NCBI RefSeq assembly: GCF_009914755.1
Contig: NC_060925.1
DNA length: 64,000 nt
Direction: 5' to 3' (one strand)
From: the human T2T-CHM13v2.0 reference genome, Homo sapiens
Shown: in pieces, positions 1 through 16,270 of the stretch
Layout of the letters: each line of letters begins with the position of its first letter
Position numbering within the stretch: the first letter of the stretch is position 1
Program-made: the position numbers and the translations under genes
The notes under the pieces: model-generated
Database searches by the model: none
Told to the model about the DNA's origin: nothing
Seen by the model: the letters and a program-made list of their open reading frames with translations, nothing else

Positions 1-17
1 TGTCTCAAAAAAAAAAG

Positions 18-193
18 CCATATGTATAATGCTTTATTATTTTTTAATGAATTAAATATATTTTAATTTCTCAGTTATATTCTAATACTACAAATATCAA
101 TAGATATAATCCACTTAAAGAGAAGCCCTTTGAGGTCTTCTAATTTTTTAAGTCTAAAAGGGGTACTGAGACCAAAAAAAATTGAGAACCACT
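18..193. mobile_element. hAT-Charlie-type DNA transposon fragment
   Basis: Ends in ttgagaaccact, a MER5/Charlie-like terminal motif; AT-rich decayed body. Confidence 0.45.
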
Positions 194-288
194 TTTCTAG
201 ACTTTCCTATATTCATGTTTTGCAAAACAAAACTTTTCATTTTCTAATTATCTAAGGAAGAGACGTTGCTGCCCTAAAGATAATTTTA

Positions 289-582
289 GGCTGGGCACGG
301 TGGCTCATGCCTGTAATCCCAGCATTTTGGGAGGCTGAAGCAGACAGATCACTTGAGCCCAGGAGTTCAAGGCCAGCCTAGGCAACATGGCAAAACCCTG
401 TCTCTACCAAAAAATAATTTTTAAAACATTAGCTGGGTGTGGTGGCAAGCACCTACAGTCCCATCTCCTAGAGAGGCTGAAGTGGAAGGATCATTTGAGC
501 CCAGGAGGTTGAGGCTGCAGTGAGCCATGATCATGCCACTGTACTCTAGCCTGAGCAACAAAGGTGAGACCCTGCCTCAAAA

Positions 583-590
<8 letters not shown>
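289..590 (+). mobile_element. Alu (AluJ-like), tail followed by (AT)n to about 613
   Basis: ggctgggcacggtggctcatgcctgtaatcccagc start, dimeric body, poly(A). Confidence 0.95.
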
Positions 591-615
<25 letters not shown>

Positions 616-965
616 TTCAGAAGTCTGTCTTGATAAGAACAAAAAAAAGCCAACAATTTTTAAAAAAGAATTGTCCATTAATTTAAAAAGGAAGTTATTT
701 ATTACATTTTCCTAAAATGAAAACAATAACAACGTCAAAACTAAAGTGCTGAGCTAACAGACCACTAGCTACAACCTTTTGTGTATGAGTTATAATCAGT
801 TGTGTATAGGTAATCCTCAAAAGACCAAAGGTGACGCTCTTTGAGAGGCCTCTATCCAGCTTTGCTACAGAATAATCCCAATTCCCGAAGTCATAGCAAG
901 ACTAACCAAGATGCTTATAGGCGATTCTCTGTACTACAATCTTAACATTTCTACAATAAAAGTTT

Positions 966-1100
966 TGTTGTTGTTGTTTTTTGTAGAAATGGCATCTCTA
1001 CAAAGCTGTTCTGGTCTAGACCTCCTGGCCTCAAACGATCCTCCTGCTTTGGGCTTCCAAAGCACACTGGGATTACAGGCATTAGCCACCACACCTAGCC
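966..1100 (-). mobile_element. Alu monomer (FLAM-like)
   Basis: Single reverse Alu arm with (TTG)n/T tail. Confidence 0.85.
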
Positions 1101-1390
1101 AAAAATAAAAAGTTTTATGTTTCATCTGAACAGTTCAGTATATCTACTGCTGCCAGGAAATACACAAACATTAAGACATTAAACTCCCATTTGGATTCAA
1201 CTTTTACATTACTATGACTGTAGATACACCAATCCATGCAGTTATTAGGAACCTTCAGGATGCACAACAATGTTAGTTATTGAAAAGATAGGCTAGAGGG
1301 AAACATCTTTGAAAAATAGTTTTTGAGGCCACTAGAAGCAATAATAGATAAAACTTGGCATTTATGGCTCAGTCTAAAATTAAGATGAAA

Positions 1391-1688
1391 GGCTAGGCAT
1401 AGTGGCTCACGTCTGTAATCCCAACACATTGGGAGTCCGAGGTGGGCAGATCACTTGAGGCAAGGAGCTCAGGACCAGCCTGGCCAACATGGCAAAACCC
1501 CATTTCTACTAAAAATACTAAAATTAGCCAGGCATGGTAGCATGCGCCTGTGTAGTCCCAGCTACTCGGGAGGCTCAGGGACAAGAATCCTTTGAACCCA
1601 GGATGTGGAGGTTGCAGTGAGCCGAGATAGAGCCACTGCACTCCAGACTGGGCGACACAGCGAGACTCTGTCTTGAAAATAAAATAAA
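1391..1688 (+). mobile_element. Alu
   Basis: Full dimeric Alu. Confidence 0.95.
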
Positions 1689-2036
1689 GATGAAAAAACA
1701 TATAAAAATATTGGCACCATTACAGTTAAGGGCCCTAAGTCAACAAATGTCTAATTCAAAAGTTATTTAGCCCTAGGCTACTACAATAGCCAAGCAATGA
1801 GTTGAGCAAGGACCTTAAGTAGAAAGGCACCTAAAGACTAGAAGGAAACAATGTTCCTTATTTACTAATTAAACATATACTGACTAAATTGTCTACTACT
1901 TGCAAGACCCTGGGCAAGCTAAGCAGCTCATGACCAGGTGGGAAGCCAATTTCATAGGGAGAAGCATACATAAATAGTACAGTAGCTTCTCTAGACAGAA
2001 TGGAAAAAATTTCATCTGAGAAGTGCTACAAGAGTA

Positions 2037-2385
<349 letters not shown>

Positions 2386-2647
2386 TTAGAGAACATATTC
2401 TGACACCAAAGGTATCTGACCTGGGTCCTAAAAACACATACATATAAGATTTCAACATGTAACTATTGTGAGTGAAAGGCATCCCAGGAAGAGGAAAAAA
2501 AGCATACATTCAAGTAACAGCAAATACAAAATTGCTTCTATAGAATTTATGATGCACTCCAGGAGGAGAATTAACTAGAAAATTAAGTTGGAAGCAAAAA
2601 TTAGAGGGACTTATATGAGAGGGTAAGCAATTGGGGGATTTTTTTTA

Positions 2648-2648
2648 G

Positions 2649-2687
<39 letters not shown>

Positions 2688-2690
2688 TTT
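2648..2690. repeat. (TTTA)n microsatellite
   Basis: Direct reading. Confidence 0.95.
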
Positions 2691-5089
2691 TGTAGGCAAA
2701 GGGAAGCCATTCAGAGGTTTTTAAACCCATTGGAAGATTTATCATTGTAAGATAAATCATCAGATGATACTCTTAACATTACCGTGGCTTGAACAGGATA
2801 GAAATGGGAGAGCAGTTAGTACGCTATCACAGCAGTCCAGGAAGGAAATAATAAGAGCTTGATGTGGGGTGGGAGCTAGGAAAAACCTACAAAACATGCT
2901 GCAACCACTTCACTAATGATACAGTTTTAAATGTTTTGAAAACTTAATTTATCACATAAAACAAGGTTGACATTCACACTATTTCCATGAAAAACCATTC
3001 ACTTCATAGGCAATGTTTCAGCATACTCAAGTGTGCTTCGTTTTCAAAAAGCTGTTAGGAATAACTAACCATATTCTACATTAAAGCTACAAAAGGGGTA
3101 ATAAAGAACAGCATATGTATTTTTCAGTATTCTCAATAGAATCTCAGTATGCACAATTTCATTCAAGGATGAACATTTTAAACTCAAAAGTTTATTTCCA
3201 TGGAAAATAAAGTTTGGATCAGAATTTTCTATACAACCTTATAAGACCCACGTCTCCATATAGTTATAATAGTCAACTTTTCTTAAAATTATTTTTGGAC
3301 AACTCAACTCAACTTGACCAGTATTTTTCTACTAGGCTAATATATTTCAACCATAAGTGCATTCTTCATTTTCTCCCCTCCTCCCTACTCACCTCCCACC
3401 CAACAAATTCCCTTTGTATGTCTGCAAGGCAAGGTACTATATAATGCAGTATAATTCTAAGGCAGTTTGAATATATAATTCTTATAACAGGAATCTAGAA
3501 TTATTAACCTTACTTTTTACAATAAAAGTACCAGTGATGTACTAAATTTCTATTCATATGTATGACAAATGTATCTAACATGCTTTACCGTTAGGGGGAA
3601 ACAAAGGGGGAAAGACACAATAGATGGGTGGCAAATCTTACAAACTTTACAAAACACTGAAAAGCTGCATCTGGATTGCAGTCACAATTATAAAAGCAAA
3701 TAAAGCTCTGAAATAAAGGAAAAGAAAAAAATTCTAAGTGATCATCAAGAGTGAAAAAGGTTTATTCAATACTAGTTTTTAGTACAGCACCATTTAACAC
3801 TGACTAATTGAAAAAAAAAAACAGGATAATTCACCGTTTGCAAGGACACAGGAAACAATTTCTACATACCTTCTATAAGACAGTTACACTTCTTCACACT
3901 TGCATGGCTCAAATCCTTTCAAACGTTTCCAAAAATACAGTCTTATAATAAACGAGGTTCCCCAATGACACACATTTTATTCTGTAGACTTAGCCATAAC
4001 ACGTTTTAAAATACATAAAGAATTCATCCTCGACAGAAACAAGGAGTCACAAAGGCTCTCTACTTATTCAGAATCATTACATAAAACACCATCTGTAACT
4101 GCAAACAGGGTTTGAGAAAATCTGACAGCTAATAATCATAAAATGGGGTAGACTTTAAAGGAAAAAAAAGCCAACTTTTCCATTTTGCTTTCCTTTTCCT
4201 TTCCTACCAGATACACAAAATGTCTGTAATAGCGTCAGACAGAGCTTTAAAATAAAAATATAGTGCTATATATGTATACTTTACATTACGTGTATAGGAA
4301 CACATATGTATATATCACACGTTCACAGGAAACAGGTTCCCTCGTTTTTGTTTTTGCTTTTTCTTTATTCTAGGAATTGAAGTTACATTAAACCCTATCC
4401 CATAAATTAAGTTAAATCATCATTAAATTAAAGAGTAATAAAATATTGCACGTAGATTTCTCTGAGCGACTATCTTCTGAGAAGGAAAACCTCAGACTAA
4501 GACCATGGCTGAATACGAACGCCCAATCCCTAAAAAAAATCACTAACCGGCATTTGTTTCTGCAAGAGAAAAAGGGAGTCTTACAATGAATAATCACATA
4601 ACTCAGTTTCAGAAGTTAACCGGGGTAAAACACAACGAACCAAATTAGACAAATGTATGAAAGGACAAGCTTTCAAGAATTCGCCCAAAGTGAAAGACTG
4701 GTTTTAACCCCGGGATATAAAACATCCTTTGCAGGTAGAAGAGTCTTTAATTGAAAAAGAAAAAAATAAAATAAAGTGGCGGGCACAAGAAAAACCTGAA
4801 CGACACGCAAAGGCAAAGTAAAAAATAATGATAATTTTAAAAAGGGGTCTCTCCTCCCACCCCCACTTCCAGCCCCCACCCCCACCTTCGCAGGACAATA
4901 GGATCAGGGTCCTAACTGCAAACTTTAAACGTGTAAACCAGAAGCAGTTTTACCGCAGCTGTAACTGCAAATCTCCTCATCCCGAACCTAGCGCACCCAG
5001 GAATACTTCTGCCCTGAAAACATCAGCAAGCTCTTGGTAAATACAAATCAGACCCATCACGAGATTCTTTTTTTTTTTCTCCCAAGTAC

Positions 5090-5195
5090 CTGGAGGATCC
5101 ATTTCAATATAAAATATCAGTTCTGTCGAATAGGGCATCATCACCTCCCTCCAGTCTGCGTCATCGCGGTCCATACTCCACACCGTATTGTACAT
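5090..5195 (-). CDS. PIK3R3: PI3K regulatory subunit p55gamma, first coding exon (35 aa + 1 nt, phase-1 donor); rest of the gene lies left of the window
   Basis: Translates [35 protein letters not shown], the p55gamma N-terminus; donor CCAG|GTACTT at 5090|5089. Confidence 0.97.
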
Positions 5196-5202
5196 CGCGC
5201 TG

Positions 5203-5238
5203 TCAGGGGCAGGTCGCCAGGAGATATATAGAAGGCAT
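5203..5238 (-). other. u[14 protein letters not shown] in the PIK3R3 5' leader
   Basis: ATG at 5238 (A at -3), TGA at 5205-5203, ending 7 nt before the main ATG. Confidence 0.6.
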
Positions 5239-5299
5239 ATATTTTTTATCTGGTATTTAAAAATCTAAAAATATATATCTGCAAAAGTTCCACACGGAA

Positions 5300-6760
5300 A
5301 TGTACTTCGGGTTTTCCAACGGCCAGTACCAGTCCGGCCAAACTACCCGAACAGGGTCCTCCCCCTCTCTCCTACAGAACACAACAAAATGCCCCCGAAC
5401 TTTCAAGCTATGGGCTTTTCTCCTCAGAGGATTACACAGAGGCTTGGGGGACGGAGAGCAGAGGTGTTAAAAAGCGGCTTCCCAAAAATCCTTTCTACAC
5501 AGTCGCTCTCCGGGGAGAAAAGCTCCCACCGCCTCCAAATCTTTCCGCGGAAGCCACTTTTGTGTCCTTCGAAGGAGGGAGAATGAAGAGGAAAAAAAAG
5601 AACACGTTGGGAGAAACCCGGGCAAGTGACAAAGGAAGGCAAAAAAGGGGGCTGGAGATTGCGTTCAAGTTTCGGGGTCCCACTGGTCTGCAGAGAGCGA
5701 ATCCCCCAGAGGCCGGGACTCGGGCTCCTCTCCGGTCGGTCTCGGAACCGAAGCTGCCGCAGCCTCGGGAATGGGGCCGGCCGGAGAAGTCCAGTCAGCT
5801 CGGCTTGTCTGGGCGCTCCCGCCGGGGTGTAAGAACCAACCCGCCCGCACCAACTGCCCTCAAGCTCTGCCCGGACTCCAGCCACTAGAGTTTCATTTTA
5901 ACGGCGCGGAGGGGACACCCTCCCCGCCCCATGCTGCCCACCCGCTGAGGCGCCACCCAACCGCGCCGGGAGGGGGGACAGCAGGCATCACCACCGCCCC
6001 TTCCACGCCGTCCCGCCTCGATGTACCGGGATTCTGTCAAGTGCCTGAGAACATGTTCAAAAAGCTGCTCTCCATCTCGACTTTCACGTCTCCCCACCGC
6101 TCTCTAGGCTTCGGCTCCCCAATCAGCCATCCGCGCTCTCCCCCAGCCTCAATCAGAATGGTACGATCCGGGCGCTGGCCGCACTCCAGGAGTCAGTGCC
6201 GGGAGCACGCGAGCCAGGCGAGGAGGGAGTGGGGCGAGGGAAGAGAGGCAAGGTGGGTGGTGATTGGCTGAGGCCGGTTGCCGGAGCCTGGAGCCTGCGT
6301 CTTTTGTCTGCCTTGCTCCTGCGAAGGAGCGGGAGACGGCTGCGCGCCCCAAGCGGGCCAATCAGGAGACAGCCGGCGCCGGCCGGTAAGGCGGCGATTG
6401 GTCAGAGCCCAGTTACTAAGCGGGACAAAGGCAGAAGGGGAAAAGAAAAGAGGAGGAAAAAAAAGAAAGAAAGAAAGGAAGAAAACGCAAACGGCGGTTA
6501 CTGACAGGCTGGGCGAGCGCTCGGGGGCTCAAACTGCCTGGAGACAGGCGGGGCTCCTGCTGAGGCTTGGTCCGCCCGGACGAGTAAGGAGAGGAGCCAG
6601 GGAGGACCTGCTGGCGTGAGACGCCTCTGCCCGGTGATTGGCCGCGGGGGAAGGGAGCGGACACAGAGGGGGCACGTTCTGTCACTTGGCGGGGTGCGCG
6701 CTCTTCTGGTCCTAAGGAGGTCTCTGGGGAGACTCCTTTCCTACAGACCTCTTCACCTTG
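5300..6760. promoter_or_regulatory. CpG-island promoter of PIK3R3, probably bidirectional
   Basis: High CpG/GC, GC boxes, five CCAAT/ATTGG boxes (6119, 6263, 6358, 6397, 6637) in both orientations. Confidence 0.9.
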
Positions 6761-8993
6761 CTGGGACAGCCCTCTCCGCACCCTTGACAAGTTGTCAAAG
6801 CAATGGTCCCCAAACCCACTTGCCACCTTACCACTCAGGGAGAGGATGTGCCCGTGGCCCCTGCAACCTTCCTGGCTGCTACCTGACCCCACTCCCTGCT
6901 TCTCCCCTTGAGCAATTGGACATTTCTGAGGGAGGCATTTCGCAGTTCCTCTGTGCTTCCCACCCAAAGACTTTTGAACCCAGAGGTAACTCCCCACGCC
7001 TAAAATAGTGAGAGGTCTCAGCAAGCCCTCCTGCTCGAGTGCTCAAACCAATTAAAAAAAAAAAAAAGTCTTGGAATTACAGTGCATGTGTAATTTCTAA
7101 GATAAGTCACAGGTGTTGGAATCTCTCACCAAAAGGGCTCTATTCTGTTTCCCTGACAGACCCTCTTCCTCACATACTCATTCCCACCCCTAAAGCTTAA
7201 ATCTGGGAGATTGGCTTCACTATGAAAATGCTGAATATTTCCATGCATTTCAGAAACAGCTAATTAACTTGCTGGGGAACACTGAATAGCTAAAAGCAGA
7301 TTTGTGTCTCCTGAAGATTGTGCCTGGAATTGCCATCCTGTATACCCTACAATACAGTCTGAGGAGGCCAAAAACTGCTCCATTTCCTCTTTACACAGGA
7401 GTAACAAAGCCCATTGTGTTTGAGTTGACAGCCTGATTTAAGCCCTAGCAAAACCTCCTACCTTGAGCATGTCTGCTATATTGATTCGCCTATGGAAGAG
7501 TTGCCACGTTTCACCCTCTACCTCCTAAGGTGGTTCTGCCTTCCTTAAAGATGCCCTGAGTTGAGACAGTTCCTGAGGGCAGACAGTCAAAATGTATATG
7601 GACTGGGTATAGAGTAACTGGTTTAAAAGGGCCAGAAAGTATGGATGGACATGGTTGAGCTAAGAAAAGACACCAGGATTCTTATATGCTTTCTTATTAT
7701 TTCTGAAATCCAAATATGATTTCAACTTTGGGGCAGGACTCATTAATTATAATTTCCTGAACCATTCCTTACAGGTAGAAGATACTGGAAGATCAACTCT
7801 AATTTGTGGCTGCCTTCCCAGCAGTCTCTACTTCAGCATATCTGGGAGCCAGAAGCACTCAAGTTTGATAACTCAAAAGACAGAACAATCAGTCAAGGGT
7901 GGGTTGGTTTATTTTTGTTCACGGGTGTTCATGTGCATTCCCAAACAAAATGAGGGTGAAGAGAGAGGAAGTGTGGAAAAGATAATGGCTTTCAGATTTC
8001 CACAGCACCTTTTGCCTGGACCACTTTTCAGCATTTAGTGGTGGGGTTTCAGTTTCTAATACACAGAGCAATCACCCAGGCTTTTCCCACAGCTAAGGCT
8101 TTGAGAGATGAAGTGACGTCCAAGCACAGTATATAATCAAGTGGTCAAGGCTGACACATGGAGTAAAGCTGTGATTCAGTCTTTCCACCTAAAATTGTAT
8201 GACCCAACTCTCCAACTTAAATAGACCTTTGAATATATCTCCAGAGAATAAGTGATGCAAGAGGCAATGATGAATCAAGGGGAAGCAAACTTTCTTAGTC
8301 CTTGAGCTTAAACCAGTGCCCTGCCATGGGGGAAAGCACCTGTGAGATGATTCTGGTCTTTCTTTCAGTTGAGAAATAGAAGTGAGGTTGTGATTGCTTG
8401 TCACCAAACTGCCCCAGGCTCTTTGGCAAAGGTAAAAAATGTTAGCTCGGGTGTCCTGGACCACTTCCAAGTTGGAGAATTATATTTGACCTGGGTGTGG
8501 ATTAAATTCAGCTCTAAGCACTCAAGCTCCTGGGTCACAACCTGCTACTTTGGGAGCTGCTTGTTTTCCTTTGCCCTCTCCCTTTCTTTTTTTAATTTAA
8601 AGTAGTCTTAGGTAAATCATGAAATCTGCTTTCATTTATATATCTATGAAATAGATTTATGCAAGCTGCTTAGTTTATAGTGAAACACTTAGAATGAAAA
8701 AATATGCCACTTAAGTATTTAGGATTAATAGTACTTTTCTGTAACTCCAAATGGCTAGGATGCCCTTCACTTTTCACCCTGGTATGGTTTTTTTCTGCAA
8801 CTGTTCAAATATGCTTCATTTCTTCCTCTTTATTTCAGAGATGGATGAAATATTTCTTCTGTGCTCTGAATATAGGGTATGATCTCAGAGCTCTCTGTGC
8901 CAGCAGAATCAGTCTGGAACTCAGCCAGAAGTTCTTCGTGATTAAAGGTGCCATCTGAGCGCACAATATTTTTTTAAAAGCCTTGCAAAATGG

Positions 8994-9380
<387 letters not shown>

Positions 9381-10242
9381 CTACCAGCCTCAATACCTTC
9401 TTTTTCTTCTCTCACCATTTTCCCTTGACCACTTGTCTTGTGATAAGGCCCAGTCCATGCAATTAAATAAACTCATTTAACAAATATGACTCCCAGAAAG
9501 CCCTACAAATTATCAGTTGCAGATTTTTAGGGCCTCCCCAGACACTTGACTTGTAAGTAGAAGATATATCAAGTTTTGATGGAAAAGTTTGCCTTCACAA
9601 TGTACAAAGAACCATGTTAGTGGATCTTCTGGAAAGACATCTCACCTGAAAATCAATAGTCATCTCTTGAGACAGCAGTGTCTAAAATCGTGATTTTCCA
9701 TTTTTTCCAAATGGTATTCCTTGTATTTGGCATTTGCAATTTTTTACCTTTCCTCATCTTTCTTAGCACTTGAATACCCATGATAGAGTTAATCATTTAA
9801 CCCAAGGCACTGAGAAATTATGACATTATATGAATGAGTAGACTTCATTAAAGTGGCATTCCCCTAGATGCTGCTGAATTCCAGGGCTTAGGGGACAATG
9901 TTTGAGGCCTCACTTATACACCTCAGCATGTGATGTAGATCTGCTCTGCCTCACTCTTCCCACTTTGGGTCCTCATTTAGGTTTAGGGGTAACAAAAGAA
10001 GCAAATCTCTCTAGCTTGACATCTTCCTCACTTTTGATGTCTGCCCTTGTAGTAACACAGGGGCCAACTGGATAATATGTATGCCATTGCTGCAAACTTC
10101 CCCTCCAACAAGGCAACAGATTTCAGCTCAGCTCTCACCAGGGGAGAGAGCACAAATTAGATCCAAATGGCAGGAACAATAGTCCAGGCTGTTTCAGGAG
10201 GACAGGGCACAAACAGGGCAGGCAGCTGGTGAAGCTCTGTTA

Positions 10243-10420
10243 CCTCATTTAATCTCCATAACCCTGGGGTGGAAGGCTGTATTTTTATTCTCATTTTACA
10301 GATGAGGAAATTGAGACCCAGAGCAATGAGGGGATTTGTTCAAAGTCATGCAGTCACTAGTAGCAGAGTCAGGATTAGAGCCCCATGTCCTGACTACCAG
10401 TTCATTGCCTTTCCCGCTGC
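10243..10420 (-). mobile_element. MIR
   Basis: cattttacagatgaggaaattgag core. Confidence 0.8.
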
Positions 10421-10439
10421 ACCACACAGCCTTCCTCTC

Positions 10440-10690
10440 CCATTCACTCACTTAGCAAATGTTTGTTGGTGCTTCCAAACACTGAAGATACAAAAGTGAA
10501 TAAGACTGAGTCCCTAACATTGAGTCCAGAATTCATAGAGGAGGGACCAACAAAGGAATAAATAATTAAAGACACAATAAGCGCTATAATCAAGAATTTG
10601 ACAAAGTGTGTTGGGGGAGCCCCAAAAACAGTGCTGATCTCTAACCATGTGCAGGTGAGTAGAAGCTTCCTGGAAGAGGTGACATTTGGC
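10440..10690 (-). mobile_element. L2 3' fragment
   Basis: cattcactcacttagcaaatgtttgttg L2 tail motif. Confidence 0.6.
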
Positions 10691-11621
10691 TGCCCCAGAC
10701 TTGCATGCACCTGCTTTAAATGTGTGGTCCTTTACTTCTCAGTTTTCGCAATTCACAATTAACTCTAAGCCTGAAAAAGTTTCGTCGAAAGCTGATTCCA
10801 TTAGAAAGTGGCAAACTCCTACTTCTCTGCATCTGATCTTATACATTGTGCTCACACAGACCCCTGTGCTGGCCTCTGCACAGCCCTTGGCACACCATGT
10901 TCAAAGTGTTTGCTTCCAGTTCTCTCTCCTATCACTCTTTAGAGTTCCTCATGTTGGACAACAGTGGTTCCTCATGGTCCTTTAACCATCAATGCCCAGC
11001 CCAAGGCCTGGCACACAGTGGGTAGCCAGTGAATATTCTTCGAGCGAATAAGCAAAAGTGCAAGTAAACTCTCCAGGAAGGCTCTGGGGAGTCTAAGTTC
11101 AAATTATCCTAGTAATCCTTTCTGTAGGTATTCAGCTGACTTTGTTTATTTAAACGGAGGAAAAGAAAACCAAAAACTTGTACAGTTCTTTGGCTACAGG
11201 AACCAAGAGGGGCAGACAATGACCTTTCCCTCCCTCTGGCTGACCCTAGGGTCTTCACCACAGACGCTGAGTTCCGCTGCCCTTTTATTTTATCAGCTGT
11301 GAATTGTTTGCAAAATTCCAAGCAGTTTGTAGGAAATTCAGGAAAATTCAGCAGCTAGAAGAGAAACTGGTTTCATTTTCCAGCTCAGCTTTTTTCTGAA
11401 ATATAACACCATATAGGGCTTTAAAGCATGCTCACTTCCTGTGGTCATTATTTCAATAGCTTTGAGCAACTTGTAGTTTATGCCTTCTTTCTGGAATGTC
11501 CAATAATTGCCCTGTAATTCCACAGGTCTCAAATCTAAAAACCATTTTATACGTTTCATTGTTAGAGGGCAATATCAGTCCAGTTCCCTTATTGGATAAT
11601 TTTGGTTTAAAAAGATAAAAA

Positions 11622-11909
11622 GACCAGGCATGGTGGCTCACGCCCATAATCCTAACACTTTGGGAGGCTGAGGCAGGAGGATCACTTGAGCTCAGGAGTT
11701 CAAGACCAGCCTGAGTAGCATATGGAGATCCCTGTCTCTACAAAATTAAAAAAATCAGCTAGGTGTGGTGGTGTGCTCCTGTAGTCCCAGCTACTTGGGA
11801 GGCTGAGGCCAGAGGATCGCTTTAGCCCAGAAGGTCAAGGCTGCAGTGAGCCAAGATAGTGCCACTGCTCCCAGCCTGGGCACAGAGTGAGACCTTGTCT
11901 CAAAAACAA
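11622..11909 (+). mobile_element. Alu (AluJ-like)
   Basis: Dimeric Alu. Confidence 0.93.
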
Positions 11910-12507
11910 AGTCCTGCAGCCTCCCCAAACACTTCTGCAGGGGCATCATTCTTGAAATCTGGGAAAATGGTGTGACTTCTAGGGTTTAAAGATCACCACT
12001 TGGGTAAGAAAGTATAAGCATGGAATGTAAAAGGCATGAACATGATTGTTTGTGTCCTCAGCTTTGAGCATTTGATTGAAAATGATACACTTACAGTGAT
12101 TTTCTTCCAGGGTAGAGGCTACCTTCCATTCTGCTCATCTTACACTTCTTGGAAAGGAGACATTCGGTGAAGATCACTACTATTCTCCAAACTTCATTCG
12201 GGACCCTATTCCTTCCCTGTTGATGTCAGTGTGTGAAATTCTAAATTATGTCATGGGTGTATACGTTCAAAAGCAATATATTTTCAAATAAACAAAAAAT
12301 ATAATTGGCCATCACATATACCAAATATGCAATATGATAATTGTGCCTAAAGTAGATTAATTAAATGTTAATGGTAAACAGGAAGAACAGTTCAAAATGA
12401 CAAGCTCTTTCAGTTTAATTCAACTGAGTCCCTCCCGTGGGTCAGATCTTTTGCTCAGTACCCCATAAGACACTATTTCTGCCCTTTATGAACCCACCAC
12501 CTACTAA

Positions 12508-12884
<377 letters not shown>

Positions 12885-13230
12885 TAAGACCATAAGATCA
12901 GGACAAGAGAATTCCCATCCTCCTCGTCTTTCCTCTTCAACAGCCTTACACTCTTTCTCAGCTTCTTCCTGGCATCCTCGACTGCTGAGTATTAACCTCA
13001 CACTTCTCACTGATTCTGTTCTTGCAGCATTGACTTCTGACTCTGTTCCCTAAATACAACTCACACATACCACTTGGATCCTATCTTCTTTTCCAAGACA
13101 ATGGAGGAATCTAGCTCAGTATCCTACCCTGACATAGGGGCATGTGGTTGGTGTTTCTGCTGAGTTTCCCAGGACCCTGCAAACAAGAACCAGACAAATC
13201 TGTCATACCTATGAACTGCTCCCCATCTGA

Positions 13231-13535
<305 letters not shown>

Positions 13536-13649
13536 CCCCTCTCTGAAATCTTTAATAGATGACTCTCTTTGACCTATGCCAACCCCCACCATTTTTTTTT
13601 TCTGGCCAAGCACAGACATTGGGGAAAAATTACCACTAATACTATTTTA

Positions 13650-14469
13650 ATGAGCTGAATAGTGATACCCAAAAAAGATATGTCCAACTCCTAAACCCTG
13701 GAAGCTCTGAATGTGAACTTATTTGGAAGAGGGTCTTTGCAGATATAATTAAATTAAAGATCTTGAGATAAGATCATCCTGGATTTAAGGTGGATCCTAG
13801 ATCTAATGATCAGTGTGTCCTTATAAGAAAAACAGAGGGAGATTGGAGACATAGACATAGATGAGAAGGCAATGTGAAGACAGTAATAGAGATTGGAGTG
13901 ATATATCTATAAGGCAAGGAACACTAAGAATTGCTTGCAACCCCCAGAAACTAAGAAAGAAACATGGAGTGGATTCTCCTTCAGAGCCTCAGAAGAAACC
14001 AACCCTGCCAACACCTTGTTTTGGACTTCTGGCCTCCAAAATTGTGAGAGAATAAACTTGTGGTTTTTTTTGTTCTTTGTTTTTTGTTTTTTTGTTTTTT
14101 GTTTTTTTGTTTTTTTGTTTTTGAGACAGAGTCTTGCTTTGTCACTCAGGCTGGAATGCAGTGGCATGTTCACAGCTTACTGGAGCCTTGAACTCCCAGG
14201 CTCAAACAGTCCTCCCACCTCAGCCTCCTGAGTAACTGGGATCACAGGTGTGCACCACCACACCTGGCTAATTTTTTTTTCTTTTTGTAGAGACGAGGTC
14301 TCACTGTTTCCCAGGCTGGTCTTGAACTCCTGTGCTCAAGGGGTCGTCCCACCTTGGCCTCCCAAGGTGCTGGGATTACAGGCGTGAGCCACTGCACCTG
14401 GCCGATTTCTGTTGTTTTAAGCTACCCAGTTTGTGGTAATTCATTATGGCAGCCCTAGGAAATGATACA
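13650..14469 (+). mobile_element. MLT1-type MaLR LTR interrupted by a reverse Alu (14064-14403)
   Basis: gaatgtgaacttatttggaa...gtctttgcagat and 3' end ttaagctacccagtttgtggtaat...gcagccctaggaaatgataca. Confidence 0.85.
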
Positions 14470-14484
14470 ACCACCATAATTTAA

Positions 14485-14815
<331 letters not shown>

Positions 14816-15660
14816 TCAAACACATTTTGAAATCAATATGTAGAGATCATATAATTTTAGAATAAAGGATCATCTTTCCCAATGAATGACTGTAAGTCAC
14901 ATTAAATATAGTGCTCAAACCTATAAAACTTTGTCATAGACTAGCTCTAGTCCTAGAAACCAGAAACCTAATCCCAACGTGAATCTTAACCATTTTCTCC
15001 CAGTGTCATCAAATGTCTCTCTCCTGTCTTTCCAAAAGAGTCAGCCAGCCAAAGCCAAATCCCAGGCCAAAACAACAGTCTACTTCTGCTCTTATGCCCA
15101 GGTAGTTGGGCTTAGGTAAAGAAAACCAAGTTTACCAACTTAGCTCTGGGCTGGTCTCTGGTCATAATTGGGATTCCTTTGGCTCATTCTGTATCTGCTT
15201 ATTCTGATACTCCAAACCTTCACTACTCATCTCAAGTGACTACCTTCCACTGTCAGATCAGTAAATGTGACCTCTCCTTTTACTTGACAGAAATCAACAG
15301 GCATAATACTCCCTTCCTGTATTCATCCCTTCAAAAGCCTGTAAACCTGTACCCATTCTTGCTTCCTTGCCTTCCTTTCTGAAGAAGCATGTCTTTCCTG
15401 GAGTTGAAAGCTAATCACTAGATTTGACCTCTGGATGGCACCCTCTTCAGCCTCCTAAAACCAGTCCTACCCCCTCTCCTGTCTATCCAAATGCCTACTG
15501 GATGCCACACAAATGTTTCAAAATCATCATATCTGAGCTAGTTCCTTTTCTAGTTAGGTGACAGGGCCAGATGAAAATATAGGCCAGACAGGAAGAAAAC
15601 ATGTACAAAACCCCAGAGGAGAGCACATCGCTCTTTGAGGACATTGAAATTAATTACAGA

Positions 15661-16270
<610 letters not shown>

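Noticed and set aside
6049-6058. p53-type half-site GAACATGTTC
   Set aside because: No convincing second half-site
5389-7024. Overlapping long ORFs (up to 202 aa) in the PIK3R3 CpG island
   Set aside because: Expected from stop-codon scarcity in GC-rich DNA; mostly non-ATG starts and no recognisable domain
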